Shown: piece by piece, positions 59,256 to 64,000 of the stretch
Layout of the letters: every line of letters starts with the position of its first letter
Numbering within the stretch: position 1 is the stretch's first letter
NCBI GenBank assembly: GCA_958296175.1
Contig: OY282448.1
Location: 719,899 to 783,898 of the forward strand
Length of the DNA: 64,000 nucleotides
Source of the DNA: an uncultured Chloroflexota bacterium
GTDB taxonomy: Bacteria; Chloroflexota; UBA11872
Reading direction: 5' to 3'
The notes under the pieces: model-generated
The model's database searches: none
Told to the model about the DNA's origin: nothing
The model's input: the letters and a program-made list of their open reading frames with translations, nothing else
Made by a program: the position numbers and the translations under genes

Positions 59256-59765
59256 ATGTCCACCGCCGCACCTGCCCCGCACGTGATCGACCCGCCGCCG
59301 GACGGGGCGGGTCTGCGCGTGGCCATCGCCGCCGCGCGGTTCAACGAGTTCTTCGTGGGCCACCTGCTGGGCGCCTGCCGGCGCGAGCTGCGGCTGCACG
59401 GCGTGGACGACGCCGACGTGACGATTGCCTGGGCGCCTGGGTCGTTCGAGCTTCCTTTCGCGGCGCGCGAGCTGATCGACGCCGGGCCGCCGGACGCCGT
59501 CGTCTGCCTGGGCTGCATCATCCGCGGCGAAACCTCGCACTACGACCACGTGGCGCAGGAGTCCGCCCGCGGCATCGCGCGCGTGACCCTGGACACCCGC
59601 ACCCCCGTGATCTACGGCATCGTCACGGCGGACACGGTGGAACAGGCCATCAACCGCTGCGGCGCCAAAGCCGGTAACCGCGGCGCCGACGCCGCCCGCG
59701 CCGCCATTGCCATGGCGCGCCTGGCGCAGGCCTTGCGCACACACCGCCGCCCGGCGGGCGGCTGA
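59256..59765 (+). CDS. ribH: 6,7-dimethyl-8-ribityllumazine synthase
   Basis: VAIAAARFNEFFVGHLLGACRREL...LGCIIRGETSHYDHV... Confidence 0.88.
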   Translation: MSTAAPAPHVIDPPPDGAGLRVAIAAARFNEFFVGHLLGACRRELRLHGVDDADVTIAWAPGSFELPFAARELIDAGPPDAVVCLGCIIRGETSHYDHVAQESARGIARVTLDTRTPVIYGIVTADTVEQAINRCGAKAGNRGADAARAAIAMARLAQALRTHRRPAGG

Positions 59766-59781
59766 TCCTGTCGACGGCCGT

Positions 59782-59988
59782 CGGCTCCCCGCGAACGCGG
59801 AGACGGCTACTACCTGCCGACGTTGGTGCACCACTGCACCGCCGGCTCCTCGCGAACGCGGGGACGGCCGTTCGGGATGTGGTCGAGAGTAAGACGGTAG
59901 GTACGGCTCCTCGCGAACGCGGGGCGGCCGCCTCAGGCCCCGAATCCGCGGCGCGGTCTCGGCCGTCGCCCTGCGAGTGCGGGGCGGC
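59782..59988. CRISPR. CRISPR-like mini-array: four copies of a roughly 25-nt partially palindromic repeat (cGGCTCCTCGCGAACGCGGGGACGGC) separated by three unique 35-37-nt spacers; last copy degenerate; no cas genes in window
   Basis: Repeats at 59783-59807, 59844-59868, 59906-59929 and a degenerate copy at 59965-59988. Spacers at 59808-59843, 59869-59905 and 59930-59964 are unique and lower in GC (56-64%) than the genome. Confidence 0.35.
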
Positions 59989-60077
59989 GGACGGACGGCG
60001 ACGGCATGCCGCGGGCGGGGGGTGCCGGCCGTGGGACGGAATGTTTCGTAGCATGGGGAGCGGACGTTGGTCCGTGC

Positions 60078-60153
60078 GGGGCATTCGTCTAGCGGCCAAG
60101 GACACCGCCCTCTCAAGGCGGAGATCGCGGGTTCGAATCCCGCATGCCCTACC
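60078..60153 (+). tRNA. tRNA-Glu (anticodon CUC)
   Basis: Cloverleaf: acceptor GGGGCAU/AUGCCCU (G1-U72), D-arm GUCU..GGAC, anticodon stem CCGCC/GGCGG with loop CUCUCAA, T-arm GCGGG-UUCGAAU-CCCGC. Followed by a C15 tract. Confidence 0.85.
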
Positions 60154-60289
60154 CCCCCCCCCCCGGCCAGACGGCCGCGTCCCGCGCGTTCCCTGGTGGA
60201 CGACGCGGCCGGATGCCGCAGGCAGATTTTCGCCGATAGGCGCTTCGGCCGCCGCGGGCGGCCGAAGGGACGTGCGCTCGGCGGGGGCG

Positions 60290-61213
60290 TCAGCGCGCCT
60301 CGGCGAACCGCTGCGCCTGGTCGACGATGTTCACGCCCACGCTCTCGCTCCAGGCGTCGATCAGGCGGGCGAAGACCGGGCCGGGCTGGCCGCTGCCCAC
60401 GGGGGCGCCGTTGACGCGCGTGACCGGCAGCAGGCCGTAGGGCGTGCTGCTGAGCAGGGCTTCGTCGGCCACCAGCACGTCGTAGGTGGTCAGGTCGGCC
60501 TCGCGGACCGGGATACCGAGGTCGGCGCTGAGGTCGCGCGCCATGCCCAGGCTCACGCCTTCCAGCGCGGCGCCGGTGCGCGGGGTCAGAATCTCGCCGC
60601 CGCGCACCAGCAGCACGTTGGCGCCGGTGGCTTCGGCGATGCGCCCGCCGCCGTCCAGCAGCAGCGTGTAGGCGCCGGGGTCGAGCGCGTGCGCTTCCTG
60701 CTCGGCACGGGCGAAGACCATGCGGCTGCGCGTCTTCATGCGCGGGTCTTGCGCGGCCGCCTCCACGTGGCGCACCGAGGGAATCACGCAGCGGGCGCCC
60801 TCCAGGTAATGGCGGGCCCAATAGCGGAACCCCAGCTCGTGCGTCCACACCAGCACGTTGGGGCCCGCGCCGCCGCGCCCAACCGTGCCGAAGTGCGGAT
60901 GGCTGCCGCGCGTGACGTTGTGGAAGATCCACGTGTCGCTGCCGTCCGGCAGGTCCGGACGGTTGCGTTCCACGACCTCCAGGGTCGCGGTCGTCAGTTC
61001 GTCCGGCGTCAGTCCAGGGTCGAGGCGCGCGTAGCGCAGCGAGCGGTAGAGCCGCTCGATATGTTCCTGGAGCCTGAACGGCCGCCCGCCAAAGGTGCGC
61101 GCGGCCTCGTACACCACCTCGCCGTAGATGATGGCAAGGTCGTTGGGCCAGTAGCGGGCCTGCTCCAGCGGAACGACCGCCCCGTCCACGTAGGCCCAGG
61201 CGCTGGCGCTCAC
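60290..61213 (-). CDS. fold-type IV PLP aminotransferase (branched-chain/D-amino-acid aminotransferase or aminodeoxychorismate lyase family)
   Basis: GTG 61213. EVVYEAARTFGGRPFRLQEHIERLYRSLRYARL...NVLLVRGGEILTP motifs. Confidence 0.75.
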   Translation of the reverse strand: MSASAWAYVDGAVVPLEQARYWPNDLAIIYGEVVYEAARTFGGRPFRLQEHIERLYRSLRYARLDPGLTPDELTTATLEVVERNRPDLPDGSDTWIFHNVTRGSHPHFGTVGRGGAGPNVLVWTHELGFRYWARHYLEGARCVIPSVRHVEAAAQDPRMKTRSRMVFARAEQEAHALDPGAYTLLLDGGGRIAEATGANVLLVRGGEILTPRTGAALEGVSLGMARDLSADLGIPVREADLTTYDVLVADEALLSSTPYGLLPVTRVNGAPVGSGQPGPVFARLIDAWSESVGVNIVDQAQRFAEAR

Positions 61214-61412
61214 GCAGGGGTTCCCCACGGCTCCACTCGGCGCCGCCGAGCCTAGCAGCACGGCCGCCCCGGGCGCGAGACGCGCGGCGGCGGCGGAACT
61301 TCCGTGGGACGTGAGGGGGCTCGGGCGCCAACCGCCGCCGGTGGGGCGTGCGGCGGGGGGCGGGCCAGGCTTGCCGCTGGCGTCGACCGGGCTTACGCTG
61401 CCATAGGACGGG

Positions 61413-61709
61413 ATGACAGCGATGGGTTTCGAGGGTATGAGCACGCAACCTGTGCTGCGCCACCGGCGGCCGGAGGGCGTGAAGGTTCGCCGGCTCAGCG
61501 ACTACAAGCGCACGCTGAAACGCCGCATCCGGCGGTTCGAGCTGCGCTACGAGATGCCGACCGAGGAGATGCTCGAACGCACCGCCACCGGCGAGCTGCG
61601 GGAAACGGCCGAGATTTCACGATGGCAATACGACGCGGACGTGCTCGCTCGCCTGGCCGCCAACGGGGCGAACGGCACGGCTGGCTCCGGTTCAAACGCT
61701 ACGAGCTGA
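61413..61709 (+). CDS. small hypothetical protein (98 aa), basic N-terminus
   Basis: ORF ...RRLSDYKRTLKRRIRRFELRYEMPTEEMLERTATGELRETAEISRWQYDADVLARL... Its 3' end overlaps the next ORF by about 85 nt in another frame. Confidence 0.35.
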   Translation: MTAMGFEGMSTQPVLRHRRPEGVKVRRLSDYKRTLKRRIRRFELRYEMPTEEMLERTATGELRETAEISRWQYDADVLARLAANGANGTAGSGSNATS

Positions 61710-62140
61710 TTCATCGGGAAGTCCTGGCCAACCACCCGTTCGTCGTCGAAGACCGCACGCACTTCGTCCCAACCGCGGCCGGGAAGCGGGTGACAGCGTA
61801 CGCCTGCGCGGGTGTCGTAGCTTGCCGGGGAGGCGTCGAGATCGAGGTCGCGAAGCTGTTGGAGGTTCGGGTTCACCACGGCCAGGATGAGGTTCGGGGA
61901 GTGACGTACCGCTACCACGCAAGCGTGGGCAGGGGCGCGTCCAGGCGCAACCTCCTCCGCTACGACAGCGGCCACGCCCACACGCCGGGCGTGTATCACC
62001 GCCACGAATACGACCTGCACACCGGCAAGGATTCTCTGACCCTGTTGACGCGGGAGGAGTTTCCGGTGCTGGGCGACATGGTGGACGAACTGGCGCGAAT
62101 GTTTCCGCAGGCGGGGGCGCCGGACGACCGGCGGCCATAG
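61622..62140 (+). CDS. small hypothetical His-rich protein (about 170 aa)
   Basis: ATG 61622. ...WLRFKRYELIHREVLANHPFVVEDRTHFV...YRYHASVGRGASRRNLLRYDSGHAHTPGVYHRHEYDLHTG... No family recognised; GC slightly below the local average. Confidence 0.4.
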   Translation: MAIRRGRARSPGRQRGERHGWLRFKRYELIHREVLANHPFVVEDRTHFVPTAAGKRVTAYACAGVVACRGGVEIEVAKLLEVRVHHGQDEVRGVTYRYHASVGRGASRRNLLRYDSGHAHTPGVYHRHEYDLHTGKDSLTLLTREEFPVLGDMVDELARMFPQAGAPDDRRP

Positions 62141-62409
62141 GCGGCGGAGCGGCAGCGGCCAGCAACGCGGCGGGGCGCCCCTGCCCCGGCGTGGAGGCGA
62201 CGGCCAAACCCACGCAGCGGGCGCACCAGAAGCCCTGCCAGCCCGCGGTTGTCGGCGCGGCGGCGTGGATCGGGCGGCGGTTCGGGCCAGAGCTGCGAGA
62301 GCCGCCGCACGCGCGCCGGGCGGGCTACGATCGAGAGATGCACCGACGATCCATCCTGCGCCGCGCGCCCATCGACCCGCTGGGCCTGTCCGCCGCGGCG
62401 TAGGCGCCC

Positions 62410-62988
62410 ATGCCGCTGTTTTCCTCCCGGCGGGAGCGCCGCCTCTGGGCGTGGACGTTGGCCGTGGCGGCGGCGATCTATTCCACGCTGGGGCTGACGG
62501 GGACGCTGGTCGACGCCCTGCGCGACCGCGGGTTGCTGGACGCCTCGCTCGCCCTGGGCATGTTCCTGGCGGCCATGGCCCTGTGCGGGGCGACCGTCCT
62601 GACGCACGGGCTGAAGACTCGCGTGGGCGGCGCAGAAGTTGCCGTCGCGCTGGGCGTGGCCACCGCCTATTTCATGGTGTTCGCCCGCACGACGAGCCTG
62701 GAGGAACGGAGCCACCTGATCGAATACTGCGTCGTGGCCGTTTTCATCCATGCGGCGCTCACGGAGCGCGCCCGTCAGGGACGCCGCGTGCCTGCCCCCG
62801 CCCTGCTGGCCGTGCTGGGCGCGTCGCTGGTCGGCGCGTTGGACGAAGGTATCCAGGCGTTCCTGCCCACCCGCGTGTTCGACCCCGTCGACATTTTGTT
62901 CAACACGCTGGCCAGCGCGATGGCGGTGGTGTCGAGCCTGGCGCTGGGCTGGGCGCGGCGGTTCCGGCCGGGTGGGCCGCGCAGCTAA
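62410..62988 (+). CDS. VanZ-family membrane protein
   Basis: 4 TM helices; HLIEYCVVAVFIHAAL motif. Confidence 0.7.
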   Translation: MPLFSSRRERRLWAWTLAVAAAIYSTLGLTGTLVDALRDRGLLDASLALGMFLAAMALCGATVLTHGLKTRVGGAEVAVALGVATAYFMVFARTTSLEERSHLIEYCVVAVFIHAALTERARQGRRVPAPALLAVLGASLVGALDEGIQAFLPTRVFDPVDILFNTLASAMAVVSSLALGWARRFRPGGPRS

Positions 62989-63008
62989 CAGGGCGGCGCG
63001 GCCGCGCG

Positions 63009-63083
<75 letters not shown>

Positions 63084-63215
63084 AATCATTCTACCTGCCC
63101 GCGGGCCGCTGCGGCGCCCGACGTGGGAATTTCGGCGCGGGGCGACGGGGCGGCGGGGCGGGCCGCGCGGGGACAGCATCGGCCGCGCGGCGGGCGGGCA
63201 GGGGTCGGGCGTAGG

Positions 63216-63545
63216 GGGCGGGAGCATCGAACCGGGCGGTAAGCCGCATTCTGTCGCGGGCGGCCATCTATCTGGGACCGGCGTTGCCGCCGGCCTCGTG
63301 CGGCCCACCTGGGACTGGGCGAGCAGCCTCGCAGCGTCCCGGCTTGGCCTTGCTTCCGGTAGAGGTTGGCCGTTTCACTCCCGGCGGGGCGCCGGGCATC
63401 GTCACTGTGCCCCTGGTCCGGCCCTTGGCGGCGGGCGGCCGCCTCGGACGGCGGGTGTTACCCGCTACCGTGCTCTGTGAAGTGCGGACTTTCCTCTCGG
63501 GCGGCGGGCCCGAGCGGCCGCCTGCCCGACCCGATGCTCCCGGAG
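63216..63545 (-). ncRNA. rnpB: RNase P RNA (bacterial type A)
   Basis: Minus-strand RNA contains GAGGAAAGUCCGCAC (P4 5' strand), GGUAACACCCGCC, GGAAGCAAGGCCAAG, GACAGAAUGCGGCUUACCG, and a long P1 helix GGGAGCAUCGGGUCGGGC paired with GCCCGGUUCGAUGCUCCC. Confidence 0.85.
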
Positions 63546-63837
63546 CCATCGTCGCACATTGCGCCGGCGCGGCGATGGGCCGGCGGGCCTGGCTTGCACA
63601 CGCGGGACTTGCAGCGCGCGTGGGGATTGCCGCGGGCCGCACTGGAACGGCCTGTGTCCAGCAGCCGCAGGCCTGGGCGGCGGCCCTTCGCAGGGGAAGA
63701 GTGAGTGTGAGGCTGCGAACTCGTCATGACCCGGCAGGGTATGTCCGGCGGACGGCCGCCGCGTGATGCGGCGATGGTCCAGGTGAACACTCACCCTGGG
63801 TGGCCGCGCGGCCGAAGCCTCGCGGCACAATCCCTAG

Positions 63838-64000
63838 AAAGGAGGTGATCCAGCCGCAGCTTCCGCTACGGCTACCTTGTTACAACTTCGCCCCAATCGC
63901 CAGCCCCGCCCTCGACGGCTGCTCCCCTTGCGGGTTGGCGCACCGTCTTCAGGTGTTGCCGACTTTCATGGCGTGATGGGCGGTGTGTACAACGCCCGGG
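63838..64000 (-). rRNA. 16S ribosomal RNA, 3' terminal about 160 nt (gene continues beyond window end)
   Basis: Plus strand carries AAGGAGGTGATCCAGCCGCA and GGCTACCTTGTTACAACTT (the 1541R/1492R primer sites), plus GGGCGGTGTGTACAA. This places the 16S 3' end (GGAUCACCUCCUUUCU) on the minus strand ending near 63838. Confidence 0.9.

Noticed and set aside
59782-59988. Treating the spaced repeats as a confident CRISPR array
   Set aside because: Not rejected outright, but downgraded. There is no leader space after ribH, the repeat is only about 25 nt, there are only three spacers and there are no cas genes in the window. It is reported as a low-confidence CRISPR-like feature.
63084-63837. Expectation of a 16S-23S ITS with tRNA-Ile/Ala downstream of the 16S 3' end
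   Set aside because: No ITS tRNAs and no 23S start are present. Instead there are rnpB and tRNA-Met, followed by protein-coding genes on the other strand.

Overview
This is a 64-kb window from a very GC-rich (about 70%) bacterial chromosome. It is densely packed with small to medium genes, and many starts/stops overlap by a few bases. Because of the high GC, the six-frame ORF track is dominated by long spurious ORFs in alternative frames. Genes were called only where the translated protein matched a recognisable family, signal or repeat. Start coordinates were set from residue offsets within the tracked ORFs and checked against the DNA. Functional calls are from memory of family motifs, not database searches.

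Housekeeping content: purE; the rpsF-ssb-rpsR operon followed by a PpiC-type PPIase; an L,D-transpeptidase; an ABC-2 exporter (ATPase plus two permeases); ffh; a DUF503 protein; a divergent GroEL paralog; panB; coaE; the ribD-ribE-ribBA-ribH riboflavin operon; tRNA-Glu(CUC); a tRNA-Met(CAT) with initiator-like features; RNase P RNA (rnpB); and the 3' end of a 16S rRNA gene.

Accessory and catabolic content: a DegT-type aminotransferase; a frameshifted DUF3604-like gene; two MFS transporters; an orphan NuoE/NuoF flavoprotein pair; a cluster of Gfo/Idh/MocA, zinc-ADH, enolase-superfamily, opine-DH and 2-hydroxyacid-DH genes; and a sulfatase - M20 peptidase - DSD1-like dehydratase operon.

Most notable observations:
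- A thioredoxin-fold/NHL-repeat gene with an in-frame TGA exactly at the first Cys of its CxxC motif, followed by a hairpin. This is a candidate selenoprotein.
- Two secreted proteins that share an unrecognised roughly 50-aa two-Cys N-terminal module. One carries six tandem single-Cache domains; the other carries two FN3 domains and an HExxH domain.
- A roughly 2-kb low-GC island (about 50-55% GC) encoding two paralogous proteins, each a ribbon-helix-helix followed by two Mrr_N-like winged-helix domains.
- A second low-GC patch with an array of TGTCGCG palindromic operators in front of a small HTH gene.
- A GC-rich palindromic repeat family at five intergenic sites, one expanded into a 35/39-nt tandem array.
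- A short CRISPR-like repeat/spacer cluster with no cas genes.
- rnpB and a tRNA-Met lying directly downstream of an apparently 23S-unlinked 16S rRNA gene.
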